A DNA stretch of 64,000 nt from Synechococcus sp. (GTDB lineage: Bacteria; Cyanobacteriota; Cyanobacteriia; PCC-6307; Cyanobiaceae), in contig JBJBDC010000001.1 of NCBI GenBank assembly GCA_047285535.1, forward strand, positions 2,752,136 through 2,816,135, read 5' to 3'. Below the pieces are notes generated by a model. It was not told the origin of the DNA, did no database searches, and saw only the letters and a list, made by a program, of their open reading frames with translations. Position 1 is the stretch's first letter; each line of letters starts with the position of its first letter. A program made the position numbers and the translations under genes. Positions 31,178 through 42,687 of this stretch are shown here, piece after piece.

Positions 31178-31543
31178 TCAGATCACCTCCGGAGCGAGGG
31201 AGACGATTTTGGTGAAGCTGCGTTCACGCAATTCACGAGCGACAGGTCCGAAAACGCGAGTGCCCGTGGGATTTTTATCATCGTTGATGATCACGGCTGC
31301 ATTGTCATCGAAACGAATTGAATTTCCCGTATCGCGACGCATGGTGGCTTTGGTGCGAACGACGACGGCCTTCACAATGTCCGACTTTTTGACACCCATG
31401 TTTGGCATCGCATCTTTGACGGTGGCCACGATGACGTCACCGACGTGGGCGTAGCGTCGATTGGTGCCAAGGACACGAATGCATTGGATTCGTTTGGCGC
31501 CGCTGTTGTCAGCAACGGTGAGGAAGGTTTCCTGCTGAATCAT
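31178..31543 (-). CDS. rplN: 50S ribosomal protein L14
   Basis: VADNSGAK and [13 protein letters not shown] motifs. Confidence 0.99.
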   Translation of the reverse strand: MIQQETFLTVADNSGAKRIQCIRVLGTNRRYAHVGDVIVATVKDAMPNMGVKKSDIVKAVVVRTKATMRRDTGNSIRFDDNAAVIINDDKNPTGTRVFGPVARELRERSFTKIVSLAPEVI

Positions 31544-31806
31544 GGGGCAACCTCCTCAGCCTTAGGGCTATGACTGAGGACTTCAGTGATCGCCCAACGC
31601 TTATGACGACTTAGAGGACGGGTCTCAGTAATCCGAACTCTGTCACCGACACGGCAACCGTTGTCTTCGTCGTGGGCTTTGTAACGGGTGGTGCGGCTGA
31701 CCGTCTTTTGATAGATGGGGTGGGGGAAGCGGTTCTCCACCGCTACCACCACCGTTTTGTCCATCTTGTCGCTGACGACGGTGCCAACCCTTTCTTTGAG
31801 TGCCAT
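31540..31806 (-). CDS. rpsQ: 30S ribosomal protein S17
   Basis: [12 protein letters not shown] and ETRPLS motifs. Confidence 0.99.
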   Translation of the reverse strand: MALKERVGTVVSDKMDKTVVVAVENRFPHPIYQKTVSRTTRYKAHDEDNGCRVGDRVRITETRPLSRHKRWAITEVLSHSPKAEEVAP

Positions 31807-31825
31807 GGAAGGTTCTCCTTAAGGA

Positions 31826-32035
31826 TTAGGAAGCAGCGGAGCGTTTCCGCTCCGATTGCACCGTCAGTAACTGAGCCAGTTTGAGACGGCTCTCCTTGAA
31901 ACGGTGCGTGTTGCCAAGCTGGCGGGTGGCCTGCTGAAATCTGAGATCGAACAACTCGCGGCGAAGGCCATCGATTTGTTCGCTGAGATCAGCGTCCGAT
32001 AATTCGCGCAGATCTGTTGTTTTAGAACGTGCCAT
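31826..32035 (-). CDS. rpmC: 50S ribosomal protein L29
   Basis: [11 protein letters not shown]; expected operon position. Confidence 0.97.
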   Translation of the reverse strand: MARSKTTDLRELSDADLSEQIDGLRRELFDLRFQQATRQLGNTHRFKESRLKLAQLLTVQSERKRSAAS

Positions 32036-32037
32036 GG

Positions 32038-32505
32038 TCAGGACTCCACGGTTGAAGAGGCAGCAGCCTTGGTATCGGCAGGCTGTTCCTGTTCATCGAG
32101 AGTGATGAACTTTGTTTTTACGGGAAGTTTGTATTGCGCTAAGCGCATTGCTTCTCGCGCAATTTCAGGGGTGATTTCTGCACCGCCCATCTCGAAAAGA
32201 ATCCTGCCGGGCTTGATCACAGCAACCCAAAATTCTGGATTGCCCTTACCGGAACCCATACGGGTTTCAGCGGCTCGCATAGTGACGGGCTTGTCTGGAA
32301 AGATTCGAATCCAGATTTTTCCGCCACGTTTGACGTAGCGCGTCATGGCACGTCGGCTGGCCTCAATTTGACGAGAGGTGATCCAACCGCACTCTTGGGC
32401 CTGCAGGGCGAATTGACCAAAGGCAATGGTGTTGCCTCGGGTCGCGACGCCTCGCATACGCCCTCGTTGCTGCTTGCGAAATTTGACTCTTTTGGGACTC
32501 AGCAT
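32038..32505 (-). CDS. rplP: 50S ribosomal protein L16
   Basis: [11 protein letters not shown] and RMGSGKG motifs. Confidence 0.99.
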   Translation of the reverse strand: MLSPKRVKFRKQQRGRMRGVATRGNTIAFGQFALQAQECGWITSRQIEASRRAMTRYVKRGGKIWIRIFPDKPVTMRAAETRMGSGKGNPEFWVAVIKPGRILFEMGGAEITPEIAREAMRLAQYKLPVKTKFITLDEQEQPADTKAAASSTVES

Positions 32506-32521
32506 GATTTAGACCTCCTGT

Positions 32522-33253
32522 TCAACCCTCGTTTGAGCGGTCTTCGAACTGTTGTGGCCTCCGACCGGCCCGACGGCGGGGATTCGCTCCCACCGGGATC
32601 TTTTGTTGGGAGTCGTCGCTCAATACTTCTCCCTTGAAGACCCAGACCTTGATGCCTAGAACGCCATAGGTCGTGCTGGCCACTTTGGTGGCGTAGTCAA
32701 TGTCGGCGCGAAGGGTGTGTAGGGGCACACGGCCTTCACGAGTCCATTCGGTTCGGGCGATCTCGGCACCGTTAAGGCGTCCGCTGACTTGGATTTTCAG
32801 GCCAAGTACGCCAGCTCTTTGAGCGCGCTGAACGGCCATGCGGATCGTTCTGCGAAATGCCACACGCTTCTCCAGCTGCTGAGCGATGTACTCAGCGAGG
32901 AGAAAGGCGTCGGCATCAACACGCTCAACTTCGACCACGTTGATACGAACCTGCCGGCTCGAATCACCAACAGTTTTTTGGATGCCGCTGCGAAGATCTT
33001 CAATGCCGCTGCCTTGACGGCCAACCAGCACACCTGGGCGTGCTGTTTTGAGTTCAACCTCGAGTTGATCAGCCTTGCGGGCAATCAGCACGTCGCTGAT
33101 GCCGGCTGAGCCGTATTTCTTGTGGATGAACTTGCGAATTCGATCGTCCTCTTGAAGGAGGGCTGGATAGCTTTTGCTGGATGCATACCAGCGTGACCGG
33201 TGCTCCTGGGTGATCCCCAGGCGTAAGCCGGTTGGATGGATTTTGTGTCCCAT
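32522..33253 (-). CDS. rpsC: 30S ribosomal protein S3
   Basis: [13 protein letters not shown] and [14 protein letters not shown] motifs. Confidence 0.99.
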   Translation of the reverse strand: MGHKIHPTGLRLGITQEHRSRWYASSKSYPALLQEDDRIRKFIHKKYGSAGISDVLIARKADQLEVELKTARPGVLVGRQGSGIEDLRSGIQKTVGDSSRQVRINVVEVERVDADAFLLAEYIAQQLEKRVAFRRTIRMAVQRAQRAGVLGLKIQVSGRLNGAEIARTEWTREGRVPLHTLRADIDYATKVASTTYGVLGIKVWVFKGEVLSDDSQQKIPVGANPRRRAGRRPQQFEDRSNEG

Positions 33254-33273
33254 TCAGACGGTGTGCTTGGGGG

Positions 33274-33639
33274 TCAGGATTCGGTCTGAGCTGCCACAGC
33301 AATGCTGATGTGGCAGGTCTGTTTTTTGATCGCGTAGGCGCGACCTTGAGCGCGGGGTCGATACCGCTTCATGGATGGACCCATGTCAGCAGTGGCCTTG
33401 GAAATGACCAAGCTTGCTGGGTCAAGCCCGAGGTTGTGTTCAGCGTTGGCTACGGCGGACCGAAGCACTTTTGTGATCGGACCAGTGGAGCGGTAGGGCA
33501 TGAACTCGAGCATGATCAACGCGTCGCGATAAGTACGGCCGCGGATTTGGTCTAGAACACGTCGCACCTTGGACACGGAACCGCGAATGAAGCGGCCGTG
33601 AGCTTGTGCACTGGTTGCCGTTGGGGATGACGTTGTCAT
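33274..33639 (-). CDS. rplV: 50S ribosomal protein L22
   Basis: [11 protein letters not shown] and RPRAQGRA motifs; ATG at 33639. Confidence 0.98.
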   Translation of the reverse strand: MTTSSPTATSAQAHGRFIRGSVSKVRRVLDQIRGRTYRDALIMLEFMPYRSTGPITKVLRSAVANAEHNLGLDPASLVISKATADMGPSMKRYRPRAQGRAYAIKKQTCHISIAVAAQTES

Positions 33640-33643
33640 GGTG

Positions 33644-33919
33644 TCAGCGGCCTCCTTTCTTGTCTTTGATGTGGCCCTTAAAGGTGCGTGTGGGGGCAAA
33701 TTCACCCAACTTGTGCCCAACCATTTGCTCAGTCACGAAGACTGGAACGTGGGTTCTGCCGTTATGAACGGCAATGGTGTGGCCGATCATCATTGGAAGG
33801 ATTGTGGAAGCCCTGGACCACGTTTTGATCACCGACTTGTCGTCAGCGGCGTTTTGCTTTTCAACCTTACGAAGAAGACTGTCAGCAATAAAAGGGCCTT
33901 TTTTGAGAGAACGTCCCAT
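33644..33919 (-). CDS. rpsS: 30S ribosomal protein S19
   Basis: RSLKKGPF and [11 protein letters not shown] motifs. Confidence 0.99.
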   Translation of the reverse strand: MGRSLKKGPFIADSLLRKVEKQNAADDKSVIKTWSRASTILPMMIGHTIAVHNGRTHVPVFVTEQMVGHKLGEFAPTRTFKGHIKDKKGGR

Positions 33920-33954
33920 GGCGGATTAAGCGAACTGCAAAGCGGTGAGTGACA

Positions 33955-34818
33955 TCAGGAATCGCGTCCGCCACGGCTCCGCTTGGACGTCTTGCGACGT
34001 TTCCGGAGGACGAACTTGTTGCTGGGCTTATTCCTCTTGCGGGTTTTCAGGCCCAGTGCGGGTTTACCCCATGGAGTGACAGGTCCGGAGCGCCCAATGG
34101 GTGCACGGCCTTCACCACCACCATGAGGGTGATCGCAAGGATTCATCACGCTGCCGCGCACCTGAGGTCGGCGCCCCAGCCACCGGCGGCGACCAGCTTT
34201 GCCCAAGCTGGTGTTGCGAATTTCTGAGTTGCCGACTTCGCCAAGTGTGGCGAAACATTCACGGCGAAAAAGACGCACCTCAGTAGAGGGAAGCTTAAGA
34301 GCCACATAGTCGCCCTCCTTAGCCATCACCTGAGCGCTGGCTCCAGCGGTTCGGACCATCTGTCCACCGCGGCCTGCATAAAGCTCGACACAATGAACGC
34401 TGGAACCCAGTGGAACGGCCGATAGCGGCATGGCATTGCCGATCTCAATCGGAGCCTCGTGACCGGAAACAACGGTTTGCCCAATGCTGATTCCGGCCGG
34501 GGCCAGGATGTAGCGCTTCTCGCCATCGGCATAGAAGAGCAAGGCCAACCGTGCGTTGCGATGGGGATCGTAGTGAATGGCAGCCACTTTGGCGGTGACA
34601 CCGTGCTTGTTCCGACGAAAGTCGACCAAGCGATACAGACGTTTGTGGCCACCGCCTCGGTGGCGACAAGTGATAACACCACGATTGTTGCGTCCTTTAC
34701 GGCGATGTTTGGACACCACCAAGGAGCGCTCCGGCTTGCGGCCGGTGACTTCACTGAAGTCAGTGACCACCCGGGTTCTGGTGCCGGGGGTGTAGGGGCG
34801 GAAAGTTCGGATTGCCAT
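33955..34818 (-). CDS. rplB: 50S ribosomal protein L2
   Basis: RGGGHKR and [13 protein letters not shown] motifs. Confidence 0.99.
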   Translation of the reverse strand: MAIRTFRPYTPGTRTRVVTDFSEVTGRKPERSLVVSKHRRKGRNNRGVITCRHRGGGHKRLYRLVDFRRNKHGVTAKVAAIHYDPHRNARLALLFYADGEKRYILAPAGISIGQTVVSGHEAPIEIGNAMPLSAVPLGSSVHCVELYAGRGGQMVRTAGASAQVMAKEGDYVALKLPSTEVRLFRRECFATLGEVGNSEIRNTSLGKAGRRRWLGRRPQVRGSVMNPCDHPHGGGEGRAPIGRSGPVTPWGKPALGLKTRKRNKPSNKFVLRKRRKTSKRSRGGRDS

Positions 34819-34833
34819 AACGATTCAGACCCC

Positions 34834-35136
34834 TCAGGACTCAGGGAAGAGTTGGATGGAGTTGCCCTCGGCCAGGCGCACCACAGCTTTCTTCACCTGA
34901 GCTCGTTTACCGGCAAAACGGCCGATACGACGACTCCTGCGAGGAGGATTCATGGTGCTGATTCCCGTGACCTTGACATCGAAAAGCTGCTCGACTGCAG
35001 CCTTGATGTCGGGCTTGGCGGCTCGATGGTCCACCTCGAAGGTGTACTGGTTTTGTTCCAGAGCACGGGTGGCCTTTTCAGTGATCAGAGGGCGACGGAT
35101 CACATCGGCCAGACGTCCGGTGAAGCGTTCAGTCAT
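34834..35136 (-). CDS. rplW: 50S ribosomal protein L23
   Basis: PLITEKA and KKAVVRL motifs. Confidence 0.98.
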   Translation of the reverse strand: MTERFTGRLADVIRRPLITEKATRALEQNQYTFEVDHRAAKPDIKAAVEQLFDVKVTGISTMNPPRRSRRIGRFAGKRAQVKKAVVRLAEGNSIQLFPES

Positions 35137-35764
35137 CTCCGTAGACCTCCTGAATCTTGGCGAGAGCGTCCTCTCCTACTACCAGTTTGTTGGCGTGGAG
35201 CAGATCGAAGACGTTGAGTTGGTCAGCTGCAATGAGCTTTACGGTCTCCAGGTTCCGAATCGAGCGCTGCACCGTTTCGGAGGGATTGGAGAGGATGATC
35301 AACACCTTGCTGTTGGCAGAGACGTCGAGTCTCCCCAGAGCATCGATGATTTCTCTGGTTTTGGGAGCTGTTAAGGCCGTTGCGAAATCTTTGACGACAA
35401 CTAGATCCTCGATGCGCGCCATGAGGGCGGTACGCAAGGCTGAACGGCGCTCCTTGCGGTTCATGGACAGGTTGTAGGACCGAGGCTTGGGCCCAAAGAT
35501 AATTCCGCCACCTGGACGCAGGGGGGTGCGAACGGATCCTTGGCGCGCGCGACCTGTGCCTTTCTGTTTGTAAGGCTTGCGCCCACCGCCTCGTACCTCT
35601 GACCTGGTCAGTGTGCTTGCTGTGCCTTGACGGCTATGGGCCTGCTGACGCAGTACGGCGCGATGCATGAGGTCAAGGGCGCTGCTCTCTTTGGCAACCT
35701 TCAAATCAAGGTTTGCCTTACCAGTCTCTTTCCCTTGCCAGTCGCGAACAATGCAATGAGCCAT
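35129..35764 (-). CDS. rplD: 50S ribosomal protein L4
   Basis: [12 protein letters not shown]. Confidence 0.99.
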   Translation of the reverse strand: MAHCIVRDWQGKETGKANLDLKVAKESSALDLMHRAVLRQQAHSRQGTASTLTRSEVRGGGRKPYKQKGTGRARQGSVRTPLRPGGGIIFGPKPRSYNLSMNRKERRSALRTALMARIEDLVVVKDFATALTAPKTREIIDALGRLDVSANSKVLIILSNPSETVQRSIRNLETVKLIAADQLNVFDLLHANKLVVGEDALAKIQEVYGDD

Positions 35765-36420
35765 CACTTACCTCCTTTTGCGGGCTTGGCGCCCACCCTG
35801 TTTGCAGGACGGATGTTGAGTAGTGACCCGGGCTTGCCGGGAACAGACCCCTTCACAACCAGAAGATTGCGATCACTATCAACTTTGAGGACTGTCAGTC
35901 CACGAGTGGTGATTTTTTTGCCGCCATAGCGACCTGACATCCGTTTGCCTGGATAAATCCTGCCTGGCGTGGTGCCGGCACCGATCGAACCGGGTTGGCG
36001 ATGATTTTTGGAGCCGTGAGTCATAGGGCCCCGGCTGAAACCATGGCGTTTTTGAAGACCTGCAAAGCCTCGACCCATTGTGTCGCCACTGACGTCCACT
36101 TTTTGGCCTGCTTCGAAGTCGCCAACGGTGACGGCACCACCCAATTGGAGCCCATCGAGATCTTCGACTCGGTACTCGCAAAGGTGACGGACCAAATCCT
36201 CGCCTGATTTTGCGAGATGGCCTTTTGCCGGTTTATTGATCAGCTTGTCGCGAATTTCGCCAAAGCCGATCTGAACAGCCGAATAGCCGTCAGTTTCTGA
36301 ACTTTTGAGTTGGGTGATGCGGCAAGGGCCCGCCTCGATCAATGTGACCGGGACGGCTTTACCTTGCTCGTCGAAGAACTGGGACATGCCCAATTTCTTC
36401 CCAAGGATGCCGATAGACAT
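35764..36420 (-). CDS. rplC: 50S ribosomal protein L3
   Basis: GILGKKLGM and THGSKNHR motifs. Confidence 0.99.
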   Translation of the reverse strand: MSIGILGKKLGMSQFFDEQGKAVPVTLIEAGPCRITQLKSSETDGYSAVQIGFGEIRDKLINKPAKGHLAKSGEDLVRHLCEYRVEDLDGLQLGGAVTVGDFEAGQKVDVSGDTMGRGFAGLQKRHGFSRGPMTHGSKNHRQPGSIGAGTTPGRIYPGKRMSGRYGGKKITTRGLTVLKVDSDRNLLVVKGSVPGKPGSLLNIRPANRVGAKPAKGGK

Positions 36421-36810
36421 GGAGGTAAGAACGCCAGCGTGGACAACCGCTTATCTATTGAAAAAAGATGAAGAGGCCTGGAAGGGCGCTGTTCGTATTG
36501 ACGCAGTCATGACCGTCAGAGTTTCGCCAATGGCAAAGATGAAGACGGATTGGAGCTAGCGAGCGAATCAGCTGGCTGGGACTTTCCGTGCAAGTTGCTC
36601 GGTGAGTTTCCCGGCAGTAGCACCCAAGGATTTGGAGTCACTGCTCTGGCCTGTGGATCCGGCGCAAACGCCGAACCTGCTCTGTGATCTGGAGGCCCGG
36701 CTAGCGGACGGGCACAGTTCGACAAAGCAAATAAAGACACTACAACATTGCCATCCTGTCCTGAATAAGAGTCTTCTGGCTGCCAGAATCTCTGAATCTG
36801 GTCTGATTTC

Positions 36811-37272
36811 ATGCCGCTGTTGCTGTCTGGTCGGGGTTTTCGCCGTGAGCTGGAGTCGGCAGGTTGCATGGCGGTTCATGCCCCTTTAGAGGGGGGGGCG
36901 GAGACTCGTTTGCTCCGTCGCTTGCGTGGGGCTGGGTATCGCACTCAGCTCACCTCTGCCCGAGGTTTTGGTGATCCAGAAGTTTTTCTGTTTCAAAAAC
37001 ACGGCATTCGCCCTCCTCATCTCGGTCATCAAAGCGTTGGTCGTGGTGCCGCTGTTGGCGAGGTTCAGGAGGTGATGCCTTTACTGGGTGAGGCCATGTT
37101 GGGTTCTAAACCTTTGGTGCTCTGGCTTCTTGAAGGCCAAGTGTTGTCACGTTCAGAATTATTTGCGTTGTGTGACCTTTGCAAACGGGAGCCCCGTTTG
37201 AAGGTGGTCGTGGAAATGGGCGGAGCTCGTCGTCTTCGCTGGCAGCCAATGAAACAGCTCCTCCAGCACTGA
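36811..37272 (+). CDS. ndhN: NDH-1 subunit N
   Basis: [16 protein letters not shown] and HGIRPPHLG motifs. Confidence 0.95.
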   Translation: MPLLLSGRGFRRELESAGCMAVHAPLEGGAETRLLRRLRGAGYRTQLTSARGFGDPEVFLFQKHGIRPPHLGHQSVGRGAAVGEVQEVMPLLGEAMLGSKPLVLWLLEGQVLSRSELFALCDLCKREPRLKVVVEMGGARRLRWQPMKQLLQH

Positions 37273-37280
37273 ACATCAGC

Positions 37281-38312
37281 GTGAATACTGCTCTTCAGCG
37301 AGCGGATGACGCCGAGCTCGCCTTATCGAATGGACGATGGGTGAAGTTGATTTGTGGAGCTAGCAATCAGGATCTGGCCACGATTGGTGATCTTTGCGCT
37401 TTGTATGCCGTTGCAGGGGTTCATTGCGTCGATGTGGCGGCCGATGTTGCAGTTATTCGAGCTGCTCGAGAAGGACTCGATTGGGCCTGGGATCAAACAC
37501 GGCGCCGGCCTTGGTTAATGGTGAGTGTGAGTGACGGCAATGATGCCCATTTCCGCAAGGCGGTTTTCAATCCAAGACTTTGCCCTCAAGATTGTTCACG
37601 CCCTTGCGAGCGCGTTTGTCCAGCAGATGCCATTCGTGCTGATGTAGGGGTTGATGAACGTCTTTGCTACGGGTGCGGCCGATGCTGGCCAGCCTGCCCG
37701 CTGCACTTAATCAGTTCGTTGGATCGTCGTGTCGGATTGAAGGATTTGGCCGCTCTTCTGCAGGAATGGCGACCCGATGCCTTAGAGATTCACACAGCTC
37801 CTGGGCGCTTTGAGGCTTTTCAGGCGACCCTTGAGCAGGTTTGTCTCGCCGAAGTTCCCCTGCGTCGGTTGTCAGTGAGTTGTGGTCTTGAGGGCCACAA
37901 CGTCACAGTAGAGACCCTCTCCAGAGCTCTTTGGCAGAGACATCAGGCTCTACGAGTTCATCATCAACGGCCTCTTTGGCAACTTGATGGTCGACCCATG
38001 AGTGGTGATCTCGGGGCCGGGACGGCGCGTGCAGCCGTTGGGTTGTGGGAGGTTCTTCATCCCCTCGCGCCTCCTGGTCCACTACAGCTGGCTGGTGGCA
38101 CCAATATGGCGACGATTAATCTGCTGTCAGGACAGCGTTGGGCCTTTCAACCTGCTGGAGTTGCTTTTGGTGGCATGGCCAGGAAGCTTGTTCAGCCTTT
38201 TTTGCAAGTTGCGCAGAACCGAGGGATCCGTTTGCGTGACTGGCCTGAAGGGTGGTCTCAGTCTCTTCAGGTTGCGCGCAATCTGATTGCCCCTTGGTTG
38301 TATCGCTGCTGA
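37281..38312 (+). CDS. ldpA: Light-dependent period modulator LdpA (two 4Fe-4S clusters)
   Basis: WVKLICGASNQD, CPQDCSRPCERVCP, CYGCGRCWPACP and QLDGRPMSGD motifs; GTG start inferred. Confidence 0.92.
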   Translation: MNTALQRADDAELALSNGRWVKLICGASNQDLATIGDLCALYAVAGVHCVDVAADVAVIRAAREGLDWAWDQTRRRPWLMVSVSDGNDAHFRKAVFNPRLCPQDCSRPCERVCPADAIRADVGVDERLCYGCGRCWPACPLHLISSLDRRVGLKDLAALLQEWRPDALEIHTAPGRFEAFQATLEQVCLAEVPLRRLSVSCGLEGHNVTVETLSRALWQRHQALRVHHQRPLWQLDGRPMSGDLGAGTARAAVGLWEVLHPLAPPGPLQLAGGTNMATINLLSGQRWAFQPAGVAFGGMARKLVQPFLQVAQNRGIRLRDWPEGWSQSLQVARNLIAPWLYRC

Positions 38313-38389
38313 TTGATCTTTAACTGAGCTCCGGTGTGGTCGTTCTCTTGCTATGAAGATGTGCGGTCCGACTGTTGGCCGAGTGAGCC

Positions 38390-40021
38390 ATGACGACCGA
38401 GCGCATCACTGACGACTTAGACCGACTGGTGTCTTTGCTGCCATCCGAGGTTCAATCCTTTCTTGTGTCTGCGGAGTCCAGAGATCAACTTTTAGAAGTT
38501 GTGCTTGACCTTGGGCGAGTTCCGGAAGCCCGTTACCCAGGATGGTCAACAACTCTTGGAAAAAACAGCATCTCTCGAGGTGATCTGCAGGGGATGGTGG
38601 ACCGTCTTGGCGAGTTTGGTTCTGATAACAGGGCGGGAATTGAGCGGACCTTGCATCGCATCAGCGCCATTCGTAATCGTCGCGGTGAGGTTGTAGGTCT
38701 GACTTGCCGTGTCGGACGTGCGGTGTTTGGGACGGTGTCCATGGTTCGCGATCTCATCGATAGCGGTGAGTCATTGCTTCTTATGGGTAGACCTGGCGTA
38801 GGTAAAACTACGGCCTTACGTGAGATCGCTCGAGTTCTCGCAGATGACTTGGAAAAGCGAGTGGTCGTGATTGACACCAGCAACGAAATTGCTGGTGATG
38901 GCGATATCCCACATCCGGGCATCGGGCGCGCAAGGCGCATGCAGGTTGCCCGACCAGAGCTTCAGCATCAAGTCATGATCGAAGCGGTTGAAAACCATAT
39001 GCCTGAGGTGATCGTGATTGACGAGATCGGCACTGAACTTGAAGCTCGGGCTGCTCGCACCATTGCTGAACGGGGTGTGACATTGGTGGCGACAGCCCAT
39101 GGCAATGCCCTTTCGAATCTGATCAAAAATCCAACGTTGTGCGATCTCATCGGTGGTATTGAATCTGTCACCCTTGGGGATGATGAGGCTCGCCGTCGCC
39201 GGAGTCAAAAAACGGTGCTCGAGCGGGCGGCTGAACCCACCTTCCCGATGGCTGTTGAGATGCACAGTCGAAGTGGTTGGGCTGTTTATCGGGAGGTAGG
39301 GCGAGCGGTTGATGCATTGCTGCGTGGGCAAGTGCCGAGCCCTGAGGAGAGAACGATGGCCTCGGATGGAAGCATTGTTCGGGTTGAATCGCGGGCGTCT
39401 CCTTCTCTTTTAAGGCGCCCTTTATTAGCTCAGTCTCCACTGCCTCATCTTGTTGATTCCAATCATTCCCAACCTGAGGGCATCAACACTCCAGAGCAAG
39501 GGCGGCAGGAAAATCTTGACACTTCAGAGGTGTTACAGGTTCTTTGTTGTGGTCTCAGTCAGCAACTGCTGGAAGAGGCTGTGCGCCGTCATGGATGGTC
39601 TGTCCAGGCTGTCGATGACCTGATTCAAGCTGATGTGGTGCTGAGTGTTCGGCAAGGTCTTGGGCGTCAGCCTGGTCTTCGTCGACAAGCCAGGGAGGCT
39701 TGCATCCCCATTTTAGTGATCAAATCTGACACCCTTCCACACGTGGAAAGGGCCTTGGAGCGTTTGATCATGCGCCGTAGTTCTGTTGAGGGAAGAAGAT
39801 CCGCTAAGCATCCTGGTGATCAGTCCGACGCCTCCGCTGCTCTGGAGGAATGTCGCCTGGCTGTCGAGCAGGTGGTCGTTCCTGAAGGCCGTCCTGTGGA
39901 ACTGCTCCCGCGAACGGAAGATATTCGACAAATGCAGGCAGATCTCGTCGCTCAATATCGCCTTCGCAGCGATGTCTATGGGCCTACTGATCAACGACGG
40001 CTGAGAGTCTTTCCACCTTGA
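38390..40021 (+). CDS. Ycf45/SpoIIIAA-like AAA ATPase with C-terminal R3H-like domain
   Basis: GRPGVGKT, IDTSNEIAGDGD and VIDEIG motifs; C-terminal PVELLPR. Confidence 0.9.
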   Translation: MTTERITDDLDRLVSLLPSEVQSFLVSAESRDQLLEVVLDLGRVPEARYPGWSTTLGKNSISRGDLQGMVDRLGEFGSDNRAGIERTLHRISAIRNRRGEVVGLTCRVGRAVFGTVSMVRDLIDSGESLLLMGRPGVGKTTALREIARVLADDLEKRVVVIDTSNEIAGDGDIPHPGIGRARRMQVARPELQHQVMIEAVENHMPEVIVIDEIGTELEARAARTIAERGVTLVATAHGNALSNLIKNPTLCDLIGGIESVTLGDDEARRRRSQKTVLERAAEPTFPMAVEMHSRSGWAVYREVGRAVDALLRGQVPSPEERTMASDGSIVRVESRASPSLLRRPLLAQSPLPHLVDSNHSQPEGINTPEQGRQENLDTSEVLQVLCCGLSQQLLEEAVRRHGWSVQAVDDLIQADVVLSVRQGLGRQPGLRRQAREACIPILVIKSDTLPHVERALERLIMRRSSVEGRRSAKHPGDQSDASAALEECRLAVEQVVVPEGRPVELLPRTEDIRQMQADLVAQYRLRSDVYGPTDQRRLRVFPP

Positions 40022-40128
40022 ATCATTGATTTGTAGTCAGAGGTGGATTGACGAAGGTCACGGTGTTGTGGGTAACTATGTATGCGCTAGCACGACTCGT
40101 CAGATTGGCGATTCCGAGCTGGGGTTGA

Positions 40129-40200
40129 TGGGCCGTCGCCAAGCGGTAAGGCAGCGGGTTTTGGTCTCGCCATTCCTAGGTTCGAATCCTAGCGGCCCAG
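40129..40200 (+). tRNA. tRNA-Gln(UUG)
   Basis: tgggccg...gcggg tt TTG gt ctcgc...ggttcgaatcc...cggccca g. Confidence 0.97.
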
Positions 40201-40216
40201 TTTTTCCGGATTTCCG

Positions 40217-40981
40217 GTGTCATTGAAGCCACTCCTCGTTTTCGATTTCGACGGGGTGATCCTCGACGGGATGAATGAATACTGGTCGAGTTCTCGCCAA
40301 GCATGTCTGTCCCTCCTGCCTGCAGCGTCTCTGTCGGAGCAGACACCCGTGGCCTTTCGACAGTTGCGTCCCTGGGTGCATCACGGCTGGGAAATGGTTC
40401 TGATTGCTGCTCTGCTTCAAGAGCCAGGCGGGCCCCTGCAATGTCTTGCGGTTAACGCTTTTGCGGCAGACTACGCACAACAGCTTCGAGATGGCCTGGA
40501 TCGGTTTGGGTGGCAGCCTGCGCTGCTTCAAGAGTCTTTAGAGCATGTTCGTCACCAAGCGATGTCTTGCGATCGTTCTGGCTGGGTGGCATTGCATCAA
40601 CCGTTTGAGGGGGTTTCAGACCGTTTGGCGCGATTGGAGCAGGAGGGTGTGGCCTGGTCGGTTCTCACCACAAAGGGGCGTGATTTCACCGCGGAGTTGC
40701 TTCAGGCTTTCGACCTTCGTCCTATTCGCCTGGATGGTCGAGAGTCAGGCCCAAAGCCTGAGGTTTTGCTGCGCTTGCGCCGAGAATGGGAGCTCAAGGG
40801 GTTCATCGAAGATCGCCGGGCCACTCTGGAAGTTGTGTTGAGGACGCCTGGTCTTGAGGGGGTCCAGTGCTTCTTGGCTGATTGGGGTTACCTGAGGCCG
40901 ACGGACCGACAGAATTTGCCTCAGGGGCTTGATTTGCTGGAGGCAAGTCAATTTGCATGCCCCTTGGCGATCTGGCCCTGA
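40217..40981 (+). CDS. HAD-family hydrolase
   Basis: FDFDGVI, TTK and FIEDR motifs. Confidence 0.9.
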   Translation: MSLKPLLVFDFDGVILDGMNEYWSSSRQACLSLLPAASLSEQTPVAFRQLRPWVHHGWEMVLIAALLQEPGGPLQCLAVNAFAADYAQQLRDGLDRFGWQPALLQESLEHVRHQAMSCDRSGWVALHQPFEGVSDRLARLEQEGVAWSVLTTKGRDFTAELLQAFDLRPIRLDGRESGPKPEVLLRLRREWELKGFIEDRRATLEVVLRTPGLEGVQCFLADWGYLRPTDRQNLPQGLDLLEASQFACPLAIWP

Positions 40982-40989
40982 TTCGATAA

Positions 40990-41003
40990 CGTACATCTGT
41001 ACT
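40990..41003 (+). promoter_or_regulatory. Putative LexA (SOS) box upstream of recA
   Basis: cGTACatcTGTACT matches the cyanobacterial RGTAC-NNN-DGTWCB consensus except at the first base. Confidence 0.8.
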
Positions 41004-41134
41004 AGGTGGGACAAGTGGCGCTGGTTGGGGCACTGGATGATCTGTCCAGTGCTGTGTCGGCTCCAGTCTGTGGTTATTCCGCCGGCTGGATCGGCGGCCT
41101 GCGGCACCTGATTGCTCCTTAACTGTTCTTTGCC

Positions 41135-42295
41135 ATGCCAGCCGACGTGAAAGCCGCCCAGTCCTCAGGGGGAGATCCCCGTTCCGATGCCCGTCCTGGT
41201 GAAAGGGATAAAGCCCTTGACCTCGTGCTCGGGCAGATCGAGCGAAATTTTGGCAAGGGTTCGATCATGCGATTAGGCGATGCCTCCAGGATGCGGGTGG
41301 AAACCATCTCGACCGGTGCGCTCACGCTCGATCTGGCTCTTGGCGGCGGTTATCCCAAGGGTCGTGTCGTGGAGGTCTATGGCCCTGAGAGTTCCGGTAA
41401 GACCACGCTCACACTCCATGCCATCGCTGAGGTGCAAAAGCGTGGCGGGGTGGCGGCATTTGTCGACGCTGAGCACGCCCTTGATCCTGTCTATGCAGCT
41501 TCTCTTGGTGTCGATATTGAAAATTTGCTGGTGTCCCAGCCGGATACGGGGGAGATGGCCCTGGAGATTGTCGATCAGCTCGTCCGTTCTGCGGCGGTCG
41601 ATATTGTCGTGGTCGACTCCGTTGCAGCTCTAACCCCTCGAGCTGAGATCGAAGGAGAAATGGGTGATTTGGCCGTTGGAAGTCAAGCTCGCTTGATGAG
41701 TCAGGCCATGCGCAAGATCACTGGCAACATCGGTAAGTCCGGTTGCACTGTGATCTTTCTGAATCAGCTTCGTCTGAAGATCGGAGTGACCTATGGCAAT
41801 CCGGAAACCACAACTGGTGGCAATGCACTCAAGTTTTATGCCTCGGTCAGGCTCGATATTCGTCGGATTCAAACTCTGAAGCGTGGGACTGAGGAGTACG
41901 GAATTCGAGCGAAGGTGAAGGTGGCGAAAAACAAGGTGGCACCTCCGTTTCGGATTGCTGAATTCGATATTTTGTTTGGGCGAGGTATCAGCACTTTGGG
42001 ATGTGTTCTTGATCTGGCGGAGGAGACGGGTGTGGTCACCCGCAAAGGCGCTTGGTACAGCTACGAGGGCGACAACATTGGCCAAGGTCGTGACAACACA
42101 ATCGGTTGGCTTGAGCAAAATCCTGAGGCCAAGGACGCTATTGAAGTGCTCGTGCGTCAGAAGTTGACAGAAGGATCTGAAGTGACAGCAAATTCCATGC
42201 GTCCGCTGGCGGCAGCGGCGCGTACGGCTGTTGCTAAGTCGGCCACTAAAGCGGCTGTCCTTGACAAAAAGTCGCCTGCGAGTGGAGCGGATTAG
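41135..42295 (+). CDS. recA: Recombinase A
   Basis: GPESSGKT and [17 protein letters not shown] motifs. Confidence 0.99.
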   Translation: MPADVKAAQSSGGDPRSDARPGERDKALDLVLGQIERNFGKGSIMRLGDASRMRVETISTGALTLDLALGGGYPKGRVVEVYGPESSGKTTLTLHAIAEVQKRGGVAAFVDAEHALDPVYAASLGVDIENLLVSQPDTGEMALEIVDQLVRSAAVDIVVVDSVAALTPRAEIEGEMGDLAVGSQARLMSQAMRKITGNIGKSGCTVIFLNQLRLKIGVTYGNPETTTGGNALKFYASVRLDIRRIQTLKRGTEEYGIRAKVKVAKNKVAPPFRIAEFDILFGRGISTLGCVLDLAEETGVVTRKGAWYSYEGDNIGQGRDNTIGWLEQNPEAKDAIEVLVRQKLTEGSEVTANSMRPLAAAARTAVAKSATKAAVLDKKSPASGAD

Positions 42296-42307
42296 CCACT
42301 GCGTCAT

Positions 42308-42333
42308 AAGGAGTGCTTGGCGCAGCGCTCCTT
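42308..42333 (+). terminator. Hairpin downstream of recA
   Basis: 10-bp stem aaggagtgct/agcgctcctt between convergent genes. Confidence 0.55.
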
Positions 42334-42406
42334 CGCTCCTTCATGGCTATGGCGTGGTTGGCACTTTTGAAGGACTTCTCAAGGCCTTTTTGTGCTGATC
42401 AGTGGC

Positions 42407-42646
42407 TTAAGGCGTATCGGCCAGCGTCCACCACCCGGCCAGGGGGCCAATGAAACGCACCACGATCCAAAAGACCACCAAACCTCCGATTCCAATCCAG
42501 GCTCCGCGTGTTGTGATGGCAACGAATTGCTGGGATTGGCTCCTTGTTAGAGGCAGCCACGCAACGATTCGTTCGCTGTCTTTGGGATCTGGTTTGCGAT
42601 GCTTTGGAGGTAGTCCCTGAATGCTGCGACGTCGAGCTTCTCCCAT
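42407..42646 (-). CDS. Conserved small cyanobacterial membrane protein (DUF2839-like)
   Basis: MGEARRR...GAWIGIG...VRFIGPLAGWW; ATG at 42646. Confidence 0.85.
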   Translation of the reverse strand: MGEARRRSIQGLPPKHRKPDPKDSERIVAWLPLTRSQSQQFVAITTRGAWIGIGGLVVFWIVVRFIGPLAGWWTLADTP

Positions 42647-42687
42647 AACGGCAGGCTGATTGGCATATCCAAAGACTAGGGACCGAT

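Noticed and set aside
21024..36420. Absence of rpsJ, rpsN, rpmD, rpsD and infA from the ribosomal cluster
   Set aside because: This is the normal arrangement for marine picocyanobacteria as far as I know.
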